64,000 nucleotides of DNA from an uncultured Planctomycetota bacterium (GCA_963841915.1 CAWJEN010000006.1:32001-96000); one strand, 5' to 3'. Counted from the stretch's first letter, positions 7,326 to 18,102 are shown. Numbers and translations are program-made. Notes: generated by a model not told the origin, from the letters alone.

Positions 7326-9431
7326 TCATTCCGCCGTCACAGCCGAGGCGGCGTCGAAGGGGACGAGTCGGGCGTCATCCTGCAGCGTCGCGCGGATGTG
7401 TCTCGGGCCGGCGTCGTAGAGCCACGGGCCGAGGGCGGCGTCCATGTCGAGCAGGAAGATTGTGTCTGCGTCGGTCGGAAGCTTCCGCTCCGGAGCAAAG
7501 CCGCTTCCGGTGTAGCGGGCGGTATTGGAGAGGCGAACGGTGTCGATGTGGCCGTCGAAGCCGCTGTCGATGTTGCCCGAGCCGTCGACATCGGCACCGA
7601 TCAGGAGCGGCAGCGGACGCAGGCCACGCAAGCCGGAACCGGCCAGTGCTGCGACCCGTTTGCCATCGACGTAGAGACGCACTTCGCTGCCGTCGAAGAC
7701 GCCGGCGATGTGGTGCCAGGTGTTGGGCTCGAGAACAGCGTCGGCGGCGCGAGCGGTGACGTATTGGGTGCCGAGAAAGACGCTGAAGCTCGGTCGGCCG
7801 TCGCTGACGAAGATGCCGTACTCGCTCAATTGCGTCTTGCACGCGAGCCCGCGTCGGCCGGCGTAGTCGTTGCCGTTGATCCACGCCTCGAGCGTGAGCG
7901 GAGCGTCGGCGGCAATGGGAATCTGGTCGCTGTCGATGCGGACGGCGCCGTCTCCGTCAACGGCAAGCGAGCGGTTCTCGCCGTCACCAGGCTTCCAGGT
8001 CGACGGCGGTTGCGACGGGACGGCCACGCGTCGCTCTGGGATGGCGTAGCGGGTCGACTTGCCGAGTAGATCGCTCTTGACGAGGAGGTCGACCGGTCGA
8101 AACGCGGCGTCGAGCGAGTCGGCCATCCGCGTGGCGCGGAACGTGAAGGTCGCCGTCTCGCCCGGATCAAGGTGAAAGTGGTCGTGGTCCGGCGAAAAGC
8201 TCCAGCGGCTGTCGCGACTGTCGGGCACGAGTTCGAGATCGATCGCGAAGCGGGTCGGGTTCTTCATGGTGGCCGTCACGTCCTGCACGGCCGCACCGGT
8301 CTCGTCGAGCTCGATGATCGGCGTGACGGCGACGGGTGCACTGGCGAGGGTGTCGGCGTCTGCGGAGAGTTCGTTCGTGATCTCGCGAACATCCATCGCA
8401 GCACCAACCGCAAAGGCGGCCATGGCGACCTGGTCGTCGCGGACGGTGACGAGGTGATACTGGTGGAGCATGCCCGCTTGTGGGGCGGCCGCGTTTTGCC
8501 CGCCGCCGACGGTGGCGAGGGCGACGTACTCGATGCCGTCGCGCACGCCGTCGTGCCGCATGCGATGGATGTGCCCGCCGAAGACGGCCGTCACGTTGCC
8601 GGCCGCGGCGAGGATCTGGTGCGTTTCTTCCCATGAATCGCCGTACATCTTGCCGTGACGCTTGTCTTCGCCGACCCAACGCGGGTGGTGAAGGAAGACG
8701 AAGATGTGCTTCGCATCCTTCGCCATGGTGAGCGTCTGCTTCAGCCAGTCGCGTTGCTCCGGCGACATGACGTGACTCTCGGGTTTGTTGAAGTTCTTCT
8801 CTCCCGTCCACGGGTTGCCCTCGTCGCTGTAGAGGACGAGGAACCAGCTGTTCTTGTGCTCGAACGCGTACCACAGCGGGCCGAAGTGGATCTCGTAGGC
8901 CGCTTCGTGCTCACCCTCGGGCTTCTCGTCGCCGGGTTCGCCGCGGTCGCGCCAGTAGATGTCGTGGTTACCGGCCACCGGAAACCATGGACTGATGAGC
9001 CCGTTCATGATGCCCTTGAACTCGCGCATCTGCTCGAGCCATTCGGGATGTTCGTTGTAGCCGTTGATCATGTCGCCGACGGTCATGACGAGGTCGGGCT
9101 CGATCAGGTTGACGTCGCGGACGGCATCGGCCAGCACGCTGACGCCGTCGGCGGGTCCGCCGGTCCGATCACCAAACACGGCAAAGACGAAGGCGTCCTC
9201 TTCGTGGGGCAGCGGTAGCTGGAGCGCGTCGGGGCGACTCGTGTGGAAGCGAGAGGCGTCGGGCGTGCGCGGGTGCGGCGGGTTGTGCGGGTGCAGGTGC
9301 CGTTCGTGACCGACGTTGGGCGTCGTGGCCGGGTAGTCGACGTCGGCGGGCTGCGTAGCGGGCGCTTGTGCCGCCGTCGCAGGGACGGGGACAAGCGCGA
9401 GCAGCAAAAGCGCGAGGTGGCGAGACTTCAT
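7326..9431 (-). CDS. Secreted calcineurin-like metallophosphoesterase with a C-terminal LamG-like domain
   Basis: Signal peptide; motifs GD, GDMING, GNHD, HHP and GHIH; WHHIAGVFDGSEVRLYVDG LamG motif. Confidence 0.9.
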   Translation of the reverse strand: MKSRHLALLLLALVPVPATAAQAPATQPADVDYPATTPNVGHERHLHPHNPPHPRTPDASRFHTSRPDALQLPLPHEEDAFVFAVFGDRTGGPADGVSVLADAVRDVNLIEPDLVMTVGDMINGYNEHPEWLEQMREFKGIMNGLISPWFPVAGNHDIYWRDRGEPGDEKPEGEHEAAYEIHFGPLWYAFEHKNSWFLVLYSDEGNPWTGEKNFNKPESHVMSPEQRDWLKQTLTMAKDAKHIFVFLHHPRWVGEDKRHGKMYGDSWEETHQILAAAGNVTAVFGGHIHRMRHDGVRDGIEYVALATVGGGQNAAAPQAGMLHQYHLVTVRDDQVAMAAFAVGAAMDVREITNELSADADTLASAPVAVTPIIELDETGAAVQDVTATMKNPTRFAIDLELVPDSRDSRWSFSPDHDHFHLDPGETATFTFRATRMADSLDAAFRPVDLLVKSDLLGKSTRYAIPERRVAVPSQPPSTWKPGDGENRSLAVDGDGAVRIDSDQIPIAADAPLTLEAWINGNDYAGRRGLACKTQLSEYGIFVSDGRPSFSVFLGTQYVTARAADAVLEPNTWHHIAGVFDGSEVRLYVDGKRVAALAGSGLRGLRPLPLLIGADVDGSGNIDSGFDGHIDTVRLSNTARYTGSGFAPERKLPTDADTIFLLDMDAALGPWLYDAGPRHIRATLQDDARLVPFDAASAVTAE

Positions 9432-9487
9432 GGTGAGTGACTTTGGCGATGGAGAAGCTGCAAGTGCAAAGAGAACGTTTGCCTCCG

Positions 9488-9525
9488 GCTAACGGTCGCT
9501 GACACAGTTCCTACCCAGCATTAAC
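9488..9525. promoter_or_regulatory. Putative Pho-box-like / OmpR-family direct repeats
   Basis: GCTAAC, GCTGAC, TCCTAC and ATTAAC at 10/11/11-bp spacing between divergent genes. Confidence 0.35.
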
Positions 9526-9558
9526 GCTTGCCGTCGGCGGTCCATTTAGCTTCTGGCG

Positions 9559-10548
9559 ATGCCAAATAAACACTGTCTTCGAGGGTTCACCCTGGTCGAG
9601 CTGCTCGTCGTCATCGGGATCATCGCCCTGCTCGTGGGAGTCCTGCTGCCGACGCTGAGCCGCGCCCGGCAATCGGCCCAACAGGTCAACTGCGCGAGCA
9701 ACGTCCGCCAGTTGCTGAGCGGCGCGATCACGCGGGCCAGCGAGACGAAGCGCGGCATCCTCTTTCCGCAGGGCCTGAACTTCGCGGATCGCGGCGACTA
9801 CGGAAGCAACGACAGCCTCGACCACATCGTGCCGACGTACATCGCCTCGGTCGATGTCACCGTCTGCCCGGAAACAGAAAATGTCGTACGGCCAGAGACG
9901 GTTCAGGACGTGGTCGCCACCATCGCCGACCCACGCCGACGCGCCAGCCTCGAGACGGCGATGGTCGGGTACGAGGAAGAGATCAACGACATGTTCAATG
10001 TCGCACCCTCGCGGAACGGACCCGACGGCAACGACAACCGCGGTGACGGCTTCGACTACGGCCACAGCTACGAAGTCTTCGGTTGGTACAGCGGGCCGAC
10101 GATCTTTCCCGACGGCACGTTGATCGACATGCAGTCGCAGGCATCGGCCAACCAGCAGCTGGGCCTTTCACCAAGCGATCGCGATTTCGATCCCATTGAT
10201 CCGCGGATCTCGCAGGAGCTCAAGCGGCTAGGCAAACTCCGCAGCCCGACGACCACGATTCTCATTCTCGACTCCGATCAGGATCCGGGCGGCGGTGACG
10301 GCAATGGAAACTGGAACAACTACCCGACCCCGCTCAATAACCACCAGGAGCGCGGCGGCAACATCGGCTTCGGCGACGGGCACGTCGAGTTTCGCACGCC
10401 CGGTCCCGACTGGGTCGACATGTACATGAAGGCGTACCAGAGCATGGCGCTCGACTTCACCTTTATCCGCACGGTGCGCCCGGAACTGACCCAAGGCAGT
10501 CGCAACATCGGTGGACGGTCCTTCACCGTGTACGGCTACCGCAACTGA
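9559..10548 (+). CDS. Prepilin-type N-terminal cleavage/methylation protein with H-X9-DG motif (DUF1559-like)
   Basis: [42 protein letters not shown]. Confidence 0.9.
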   Translation: MPNKHCLRGFTLVELLVVIGIIALLVGVLLPTLSRARQSAQQVNCASNVRQLLSGAITRASETKRGILFPQGLNFADRGDYGSNDSLDHIVPTYIASVDVTVCPETENVVRPETVQDVVATIADPRRRASLETAMVGYEEEINDMFNVAPSRNGPDGNDNRGDGFDYGHSYEVFGWYSGPTIFPDGTLIDMQSQASANQQLGLSPSDRDFDPIDPRISQELKRLGKLRSPTTTILILDSDQDPGGGDGNGNWNNYPTPLNNHQERGGNIGFGDGHVEFRTPGPDWVDMYMKAYQSMALDFTFIRTVRPELTQGSRNIGGRSFTVYGYRN

Positions 10549-10651
10549 GTCTGCCAGGTCGCCAGACCACCCCTTCGGCCACATCGACCACGGCCATTTG
10601 GCGATGCTCGACAGCTCGAGCATCGTCATCACTCCTCCTCTTCAAGCACCC

Positions 10652-12290
10652 ATGAACAAGAACCACCTCCTCGTTGCCGCCGTCGCAGCGGCACTGCCCG
10701 CCTCGCTTGCCACGGCGCAAACGACACCGACCTCCGTCAGCTTTCAGGAAGGTGTCGGCGGCTACAGCGGAACGCTCGACATCACCGTCAGCGAAGACGC
10801 CAACTTCGAACTCAGCGGTGCATTCAACGATTACTACTTCCTTGACGGCAACCCGACGCCCGGCGGCTCGCCTGACACGCAGAAGCTGCTCCGCTTCGAC
10901 GGCCTCATCGGCAGTGGCCCCGGCCAGATCCCGACCGGTTCCTACATCACCAATGCCTCGCTCTCGCTGACCACAGCTCCGGGCAGCTTCAATGAGAACA
11001 GCCAGTCCGGCGGGCCCTTTGGTGTCGCCCAACTCTTGCAACCCTTCGACGGCCTGACTTTCTATAGCGACTACCCCGTCGACAGCGACACCGGCATCGG
11101 TGGCCCGCAGGTGACTAACGGCAGTGTCGGGCGTGCCGTAGGCGCGTTCGGCAACACCGACGGCGATGGCATCGCTCAAGGCGAGAAGGCCTTCGCCAAC
11201 GCCACGCAGATCGTTCAGGCGTGGGCCGACGGACAAGACAACAACGGCTTTGCAGTCCAGACCGGACTTGAACGGCACCGCCAATGGCTGGGCCGTCGCC
11301 ACCAGCAGCAACCCGAACCTCGCCGAGCGACCGCAGCTCAACGTCAGCTACATCTCTGGTGACGACATTCAGCGGACAACCTACCAGCCGGGCCTCGGTG
11401 GTTACGACGCTGTCGACAGCACCGTCATCTTTGAACTGCCCGACGGATCGACCGGCATCATCGATGGCGAAGCAGACCCCTTCGTCTTCCTCGACGGCCC
11501 CAACGACACCAGCGCTGCCGGCAGCGCTGACTCGCAACTCAACATTCGCTTCGGCGACCTCTTCGTCAGCCAAGGCGGTAGCGTTCCGGACAACGCCGAC
11601 ATTATCAGTGCGAAGCTGGTGCTGACGACCACGATCGGCGAAAGCGTCAATGCCGAGAGCGGCGAACCCTTCGACGCCAGTCAGCTCCTCGTCCCGTTCG
11701 ACGACCTGACCGCCTTCGAAGACTTCGGCGGCAACGGTCCGGACGAAGTCGACGGTGAGGTCGGGCCGATTCTCGGCCAGGAGCTCGGTGGCATCCTCGG
11801 GAGCCAGACCTACTTCGACGTCACGCAGGCCATCGAAAACTTCCTCGCCGGCGACGCCAATTTCGGTTTCAACGTCCAGGCCAGCGACATCAACGAAACG
11901 ACGACCAACGACGGCTGGCAGATCTACCTGCCCGGCTTCACCGACGTGTCGTTGCGGCCTCAGCTGTTGATCGACTGGGTGGTCGACCTCGACACCCGTC
12001 TGCCGGGTGACGCCAATGGCGACGGGACCGTCTCCATCCTCGACTTCGCCATCCTGCGGGCGAACTTTGGCAATTCGGACATGGTGACCTTCGAGCTGGG
12101 CGACTTCAACGAGGACGGTGTCGTCAGCATCCTCGACTTCGCCATCCTGCGGGCCAACTTCGGCACGAGTGCCACCTCGGCACAGCTCGCGTCGATCGAC
12201 GCCTGGTACGCCAGCGTCGTCCCAGAGCCGACCTCACTGGCCATCATCGGACTCGGCGGGCTCACGCTGCTGCGTCGCCGACGCGCCTGA
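10652..12290 (+). CDS. PEP-CTERM surface protein with two related (DNRLRE-like) domains and dockerin-like repeats; frameshift near 11267
   Basis: Signal peptide; two related modules (LLRFDGL...IPTGSYITNASL and NIRFGDL...VPDNADIISAKL); GDANGDG/GDFNEDG repeats; VPEPTSLAIIGLGGLTLLRRRRA. Confidence 0.85.
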
Positions 12291-12314
12291 TCCATTCACC
12301 AACCCTCTCTCCCT

Positions 12315-12344
12315 CGGTCCCGGCACCTTCTGCCGGGGCCGTTT
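12315..12344 (+). terminator. Probable terminator hairpin
   Basis: CGGTCCCGGCA...TGCCGGGGCCG followed by TTT. Confidence 0.55.
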
Positions 12345-12369
12345 AGCATTAAGACGAAGCCAAATCAGA

Positions 12370-13320
12370 ATGAGCCCGATATACCTGTTAATTGCACTTC
12401 TCATCGTTGCCATGACTCCCGCTGCGGCTTGGGCGGAGCCGCTTGTCATCGGCCACCGTGGCGCATCGGGTGAACGACCGGAACATACCGCCGCCGCCTA
12501 TCGGCTCGCCGCCGACCAAGGCGCTCACTTGCTCGAGACCGATCTCGTCATGACCCGCGACGGCGTCTTGATCTGTCGTCACGAGCCGGCGCTAGCGATC
12601 GTTGACGAGGCGACGGGCAAGCTGAAGTACCGCACGACCGACGTTGCAGATCGTCCCGAGTTTGCTGATCGGCTTCGCACGGCTGAAATCGACGGCAAGT
12701 TGATGACCGGATGGTTCGCTCAGGATTTCACGGCGGAAGAATTGCAGTCGCTACGGGCTGTCGAGCCCTTGCCCGACCTTCGCGCTGCGAGCGCTGCCTA
12801 CGACGGCAGGTACGCCCTCGTCACGCTGAGCGAGTTCCTGGAGCTTGCAGAGGACGTCGGGGTCGGCGTATTGATCGAACTCAAGCACCCTCTGTACTTC
12901 CGCGAGATCGGCCTGCCGATGGAGGAGGCGGTTGTTGAAGCGCTAGAAAACTTCGAAGGCGAGGCGATTCTGCAGTCGTTCGACGCCAGCTCACTGAGGC
13001 GACTCGACGCATTGACGACGTTGCCGCTCGTGTTGCTCACGTCGAACGAGCGGCACGTGACGCCCGCCGCGTTGGCCGACGCCAGCGCCTACGCGGACGG
13101 CGTGGGCGTGCACAAGAAGCTCGCGAGCAGGACGCTCATCGAGAACGCCCGCCTGCATGGGCTGGGCGTGTACGTCTGGACGCTGCGGGCAGAGCAGACA
13201 TACTTGCCCGCAGGACTTCCCGACATCGAGACCGAAGCCAAACGGCTAGTGGCAATGGGCGTCGACGGGCTGATCACCGATCATCCCGCTCGAGTCGTTG
13301 CGGGCATCGCGAGCCAATAG
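12370..13320 (+). CDS. glpQ: Secreted glycerophosphodiester phosphodiesterase
   Basis: IGHRGASGERPEHT, ETDLVMTRDG, IELK, QSF and GVDGLITD. Confidence 0.9.
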   Translation: MSPIYLLIALLIVAMTPAAAWAEPLVIGHRGASGERPEHTAAAYRLAADQGAHLLETDLVMTRDGVLICRHEPALAIVDEATGKLKYRTTDVADRPEFADRLRTAEIDGKLMTGWFAQDFTAEELQSLRAVEPLPDLRAASAAYDGRYALVTLSEFLELAEDVGVGVLIELKHPLYFREIGLPMEEAVVEALENFEGEAILQSFDASSLRRLDALTTLPLVLLTSNERHVTPAALADASAYADGVGVHKKLASRTLIENARLHGLGVYVWTLRAEQTYLPAGLPDIETEAKRLVAMGVDGLITDHPARVVAGIASQ

Positions 13321-13373
13321 CTCCACGCACTCGAAGCAACGGCACCACCAAATCTGCTTCAAGGTCCGATGCT

Positions 13374-14318
13374 TCAAGCCTGACTGACTCGACTTTGCTT
13401 CGCCCGCCATTGGCTGATCGGACCGCTGACGAGGAACCCGAGGCCGACGATTGCGAGCACGAATTCGTGGGCGACGACGAGGGCCAAGGCAATGGCGATG
13501 GCAACGACCAGGCGGCTGATGCGTTTGTTGCCGCGGCCGTAGCGGTTGACAAGGTGCGGGTAGCGAATGCCGCTGACCATTAAAAGCGCCGACACACCGA
13601 GGATGACGGGAATCAGCAGCGTCGCTGCGAAGTAGAGCCAGGCCAACACCTCGCGGTAGGTGCCCGGATTGGCGGCGGCGGCGGCGTGGGAGAAGGTCTG
13701 TTGCACGAGCACAAGTGACAACACCGCACCGGCAGCGCCAGGGCTGGGCATGCCGAGGAACGACTGATGATTTTCCTCGCCGTGTTCGTTGCTGACGTTG
13801 AAGCGTGCCAGGCGGATAAGCGTGCAGGCGACATACAGGCCGCCGATGCCCCAGATGAAGCGATCGACGTAATCGGGAACGTCCACGCCGTCGAACTTGA
13901 AGACGTGCAGCGCGATGAACGCCGGTGCGGCACCAAAGCTGATGGCGTCGGCGAGGCTGTCGAGTTGGCCACCGAAGTCGGTGGTGTGCCGGGCGAAGCG
14001 GGCGAGGCGGCCGTCGACGGCATCGAGGATCATCGACACGGCGATAAGGTAAACGGCTGCGACGTACCGATAGTCGACCCGATCGGCGGCGAGCAGGCCG
14101 GCGCCGAAGGCGTCGCGATCGAGCGTCGCGACGTAGATCGCGGCGAACCCGCACAAGGCATTACCAAGCGTGGCCAACGACGGTAGAAATTGAACGCTGC
14201 GCACGTACGCCCGGCGGCCGCCCCGCCTCATGCGACGTCGGCGGAGCTCGCGAATCCGCCGACGGCGACGCAGGTCGCTGGGCAAGTCGATCGAGTTGGT
14301 CCCGTTGCTGCTCGGCAC
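13374..14318 (-). CDS. pssA: CDP-diacylglycerol--serine O-phosphatidyltransferase
   Basis: CDP-alcohol phosphotransferase motif DAVDGRLAR...FGGQLDSLADAISFG; RLARFN; adjacent to psd. Confidence 0.9.
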   Translation of the reverse strand: MPSSNGTNSIDLPSDLRRRRRIRELRRRRMRRGGRRAYVRSVQFLPSLATLGNALCGFAAIYVATLDRDAFGAGLLAADRVDYRYVAAVYLIAVSMILDAVDGRLARFARHTTDFGGQLDSLADAISFGAAPAFIALHVFKFDGVDVPDYVDRFIWGIGGLYVACTLIRLARFNVSNEHGEENHQSFLGMPSPGAAGAVLSLVLVQQTFSHAAAAANPGTYREVLAWLYFAATLLIPVILGVSALLMVSGIRYPHLVNRYGRGNKRISRLVVAIAIALALVVAHEFVLAIVGLGFLVSGPISQWRAKQSRVSQA

Positions 14319-14373
14319 GATGGAACGTTAGCGGCTTGTCGCGCAGGAGAGCCGGGATCTATGAGTCACCGGG

Positions 14374-14411
14374 ACAGCTTGCCCGCCGCAAACGGCGGCT
14401 CACGTCGTGGC
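14374..14411. repeat. 38-bp repeat, second copy at 15267-15304
   Basis: ACAGCTTGCCCGCCGCA(A/G)ACGGCGGCTCA..., 3 mismatches between the copies. Confidence 0.8.
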
Positions 14412-14424
14412 GTCGCTTCGTCCT

Positions 14425-15162
14425 TCAGTTCGGCGTCGCAGGGATGAGCGGCTGCGTCTCGGTGTCGTCGACGACGACCTCGCCCAACGACTCCACAACG
14501 GCCAGCACGTCTGCACCGCCGCGGACCTTTTGGCCCGGCTCGACCTTGATCTGCGGGTTGAGCCGCTTGGGAATGGTCAGTTCCGTCCGGCTGCCGAACT
14601 TGATCATGCCGATCCGCTCGCCACGCTCGACCGCGTCGCCGACGTGCTTGGTGCTGACGATGCGACGGGCGATGAGGCCAACGATCTGCTTGATCACGGC
14701 AACGGCGCGGCCCTGCTCGTCTTCGATGACGATGGTGTTGCTCTCGTTGTGCTCGCTGGCCTGATCGTGGTCGAGGGCGTTGATGAACTTGCCCTTCTTG
14801 TAATGGACGCTTCGCACGAAGCCGTCGCACGGGCTGCGGTTGACGTGGACGTTGAAGACGCTCAAAAAGATGCCGATACGCACCGCCGACTCACCGGTGA
14901 CGGGATCAGGGTCGAGCTCGGTGACGTCGCTGACTTTGCCGTCGGCCGGTGAGACGTAGGCGACCGTGTTGGGCCCCCCACTCTCGCTCTGTGGAATCGG
15001 CCGCTCGGGATCGCGAAAGAAGGCGAACAGCCAGATCAGCACCGGCAGACAGATCACGATGGCCAGCCACCACGCGATGCCAACGCCGAGCGCCGCCGCG
15101 AGGCCGACCAGCACGACGGTGCCGATGAGCAGTTCCCAGAATCCGTGTCGAGTCAGTGGCAC
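14425..15162 (-). CDS. psd: Phosphatidylserine decarboxylase
   Basis: FFRDPER, SPADG, IFLSVFNVHVNR and IKFGSR cleavage motif; GTG start 5 nt after TAGACT. Confidence 0.92.
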   Translation of the reverse strand: MPLTRHGFWELLIGTVVLVGLAAALGVGIAWWLAIVICLPVLIWLFAFFRDPERPIPQSESGGPNTVAYVSPADGKVSDVTELDPDPVTGESAVRIGIFLSVFNVHVNRSPCDGFVRSVHYKKGKFINALDHDQASEHNESNTIVIEDEQGRAVAVIKQIVGLIARRIVSTKHVGDAVERGERIGMIKFGSRTELTIPKRLNPQIKVEPGQKVRGGADVLAVVESLGEVVVDDTETQPLIPATPN

Positions 15163-15198
15163 GGGGCAGTCTACGGGTGTGGCTCGCGGAGCCGCCCA

Positions 15199-15310
15199 TC
15201 TGGTGCCACGGTTTGAGGCACAATCTGATGGGGCAAATCGTGGCACCAGATCGGGACGCGCCCGACACAGCTTGCCCGCCGCAGACGGCGGCTCAAGCCG
15301 TGGCACCAGA
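15199..15310. repeat. Cluster of TCTGGTGCCACG-type palindromic repeats
   Basis: TCTGGTGCCACG at 15199 with inverted CGTGGCACCAGA copies ending at 15250 and 15310. Confidence 0.7.
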
Positions 15311-15392
15311 CGTCGTACCTTCCTCAACACGTTGACGCCGCCGAGCGGCTGCCTACCGTGTCGGCCCGTCGCCATCCGCGGCGGACTCCGTC

Positions 15393-15474
15393 GCCCACAT
15401 GGCGGAATTGGCAGACGCGCTGTCTTCAGGTGGCAGTGTCTTCGGACGTGCAGGTTCGAGTCCTGCTGTGGGCA
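15393..15474 (+). tRNA. tRNA-Leu(CAG)
   Basis: GCCCACA/TGTGGGC acceptor stem, CTGTC-TTCAGGT-GGCAG anticodon arm, long variable arm, GTTCGAGTC T-loop; CCA not encoded. Confidence 0.95.
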
Positions 15475-15485
15475 TGAACGTAAGA

Positions 15486-15518
15486 AAGCCCGAGGCCTTG
15501 GCCTCGGGCTTCTTCTTT
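15486..15518. terminator. Intrinsic terminator, probably bidirectional
   Basis: AAGCCCGAGGCC/GGCCTCGGGCTT followed by CTTCTTT. Confidence 0.8.
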
Positions 15519-15542
15519 GCAATCGATGTGATCCCGATCGCC

Positions 15543-17438
15543 CTACGGCTGGGGCTGGAACTCGGGCGGCAGGTCGCCACCATCAGGTCCCGGCATGCCG
15601 GGGCTCTCTTCGCCCTCGTCGCCTTCCATGCCGTCGTCGTCGCCGTCTTCGCTCTCGTCACCTTCAGCGGCGTCGCCGCCTTCCTGCTCGGACTCTTCCT
15701 TAGTTGCCTCGAGCTCATCAGCCTCGCCGGCGAAGATCAGCACGAGCAGCGTCATTGGCTTCGTGTCCGCCGCAAGCGTGACGGGGTCGAACGTCGTGTC
15801 GTCGGGTGAGGCGTACTCAAGATCGGGTGCACCTTCGACGTCCTTCAGGAAGTCGCGGATCTGACGCGGCCCGATGGCCATGACAATGATCGAGTCGATG
15901 ACCTTGCGGTACGCGCTCAGAATGCCAATGACATGGCCGTCCTTATCAACCACCGGGCCACCCGAGTTGCCCTGCGTGCCCTTGATATCCATGTAGATGT
16001 CGAACGCCTCTTCGCCGGCCGGGTCGGTCGTCGTGACAGCGCCACGCGAGACCTGGAGGTTGAAGCCGTCCATCAGCGTCGTCGGGTAGCCCAGCGTCAG
16101 GATGTCGCTCTGGATCGGCGGGTAGTCGTCGGCGATGACTTGCAGGTACGGCACGGTCTCGCCTTCAGGCAGCTCGATCTTGAGCAGCGCGATGTCATAC
16201 GCATCGTCGGAGGCGATGAAGCGGGCCGGGTACTCGATGAAGGTGCCGTCTTCGTTCTTACCTGCCAGGCGGACGCGGTAGTAGAAGCCGTCGTCGGTTT
16301 CGGCAACGTGCTTGTTCGTCAGCAGGTAACCGTCAGCGGTGACGAAGAAGCCACTGCCGTTGCCTCGAAGTCCGGGCGGGCCGTTGTCGGGGTCGTCGGG
16401 ATTCGTCTGGTCGGTGCCGTGGGCGAAGTCTTCGATCCAGGTCAGTTGACCGGCCGAATACTCTTCGCGAAGCAGCTCGCCTGTGAGCGACATTTCGCGG
16501 ATCCGCGGGTTAGCCCGCTTGAAGTTCTCGGGAATGCCGTCGATGGCCGCCAGGAAGTTACCGACCGTGAGTTCCGTCGGAGCAATTTCTACGGCATCAA
16601 GCATATACTCGAGGCCCTCTTCATACTTGTCACGAACGAACAGGCACGCTCCCATGCTGCTCAGCACGGCCGGCAGACGCGGCTGCAGGCGAAGGGCCTG
16701 ACGGGCGTGCCCCTCGGCCTCGGCGAGCTTGATGTTGCCGCCCTCGACGCCGTTGCCTTGGTGGAACTTCACGTACGCCAGCCGGTAGTGCGGCCGGAAC
16801 GCGTTGGGGTAGATCGCCAGCGCCTGACCATACTTCCGCATGGCATCGGTCGGGTTGATCCGTTCGATGCCGATGGCCTCGTCGACGAGCTCATTGGCCT
16901 TGTTCTTGATCTCGCGCAGCTCGTCGCCACCGACCCACGAACCGCGGATCCGCTCAGCGTCGCTCTGGTACCGTTCCCGCCACGTCTGCAGCTCCAGCAG
17001 GCCCAGGTCACGCTCGGACTGCGTGAGATCCGTTCGGCCGAGGTACCGCTCCCACAAGTCGACAGCCGTCACCGGCTCGGTCACGCGGTCGGCCCGCTCC
17101 TTGCAGATCTTCCAGTCGCGACGCAACGCGCCGGCAGCGCCTTCGACCGGCTTCCCGTCGGCATCGACGGCCGGCCCTTCGGTCTCGTAGGGCATGCCGT
17201 CGACCGTCTTGATCTTGTCCTTACCGACCAGCATCGATCGACCATCGTCGGTTTTGATGCGGACGGTTCGGCTGCTGAGCGGATGGATGGTGCCCGTGAC
17301 GAGCGTGCCGTCCTGAAGCTCGATCATGACGGGCGCGTCGTCATCGGCCGCCAAAGCGGTCGAGACGGGCAACGCCAAGGCGAGCAGGAGCAACAAGAGT
17401 GCGGACAAAACCGCGACCGGTCGAAAGTAGTGACGCAT
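15543..17438 (-). CDS. Secreted TPR-containing trypsin-like serine protease
   Basis: Signal peptide; TPR-like helices; GSGFFV, TNKHV, DIALLK and GNSGGP. Confidence 0.88.
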   Translation of the reverse strand: MRHYFRPVAVLSALLLLLLALALPVSTALAADDDAPVMIELQDGTLVTGTIHPLSSRTVRIKTDDGRSMLVGKDKIKTVDGMPYETEGPAVDADGKPVEGAAGALRRDWKICKERADRVTEPVTAVDLWERYLGRTDLTQSERDLGLLELQTWRERYQSDAERIRGSWVGGDELREIKNKANELVDEAIGIERINPTDAMRKYGQALAIYPNAFRPHYRLAYVKFHQGNGVEGGNIKLAEAEGHARQALRLQPRLPAVLSSMGACLFVRDKYEEGLEYMLDAVEIAPTELTVGNFLAAIDGIPENFKRANPRIREMSLTGELLREEYSAGQLTWIEDFAHGTDQTNPDDPDNGPPGLRGNGSGFFVTADGYLLTNKHVAETDDGFYYRVRLAGKNEDGTFIEYPARFIASDDAYDIALLKIELPEGETVPYLQVIADDYPPIQSDILTLGYPTTLMDGFNLQVSRGAVTTTDPAGEEAFDIYMDIKGTQGNSGGPVVDKDGHVIGILSAYRKVIDSIIVMAIGPRQIRDFLKDVEGAPDLEYASPDDTTFDPVTLAADTKPMTLLVLIFAGEADELEATKEESEQEGGDAAEGDESEDGDDDGMEGDEGEESPGMPGPDGGDLPPEFQPQP

Positions 17439-17685
17439 AAGGAGTTCCGGGTGCGTGCGAGGCGGGTCGGAAATGTCAGTGTCCCCGCCCGGCGGTGACA
17501 GCTTAATAAAGTCGAAGCCGGTCGTCTAGCGAACTCGATGTAACGCAAATAGACCGCCTGCTTCTGCCCGTGCTGTCTTGCCGGGCGACCAAGCGACGCC
17601 TACCGTGGCCGTCCCACCGCCCGGCAATTGTTGCCGGTCGGACCCACTTTGCCACGCGCGATCCTCACACAAGAGCCGCCGACCG

Positions 17686-18057
17686 ATGCCGACGATCAAC
17701 CAGCTGATTAAAAAGCCCCGCAAGCCGCTTGCGGCCATCAACAAGGTCAAGGACCTTGAGCAGTCCCCGCAGAAGCGCGGCGTTTGCGTCCAGGTCAAGA
17801 CCCTGACGCCTAAGAAGCCAAACTCGGCGCTTCGCAAGATCGCCCGCGTTCGTCTCAGCAACGGCAAAGAAGTCACCGCCTACATCCCGGGCGAAGGCCA
17901 CAACCTCCAGGAGCACAGCATCGTGCTCGTCCGCGGTGGACGCGTCCGTGACCTGCCGGGTGTTCGTTACCACATCGTCCGTGGCGCACTCGACACCCTC
18001 GGCGTCAACGATCGTAAGCAGAGCCGTAGCAAGTACGGCACGAAGAAGGGCAAGTAA
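17686..18057 (+). CDS. rpsL: 30S ribosomal protein S12
   Basis: MPTINQL...[11 protein letters not shown]...[12 protein letters not shown]. Confidence 0.99.
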   Translation: MPTINQLIKKPRKPLAAINKVKDLEQSPQKRGVCVQVKTLTPKKPNSALRKIARVRLSNGKEVTAYIPGEGHNLQEHSIVLVRGGRVRDLPGVRYHIVRGALDTLGVNDRKQSRSKYGTKKGK

Positions 18058-18102
18058 GCCTTAGTCCCTTAGTTTCAGCACCAACGACCCACAGAATAAG
18101 AC

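Noticed and set aside
7070..8069. C-terminal half of the 512-aa ORF 6531..8069
   Set aside because: It is a read-through caused by the frameshift and is antisense to the metallophosphoesterase gene.
930..11275. Programmed frameshifting or phase variation at about 940, 7070 and 11267
   Set aside because: No slippery heptamer or long homopolymer is present, and both halves keep normal coding character. Single-base assembly indels are the simplest explanation; read mapping would decide.
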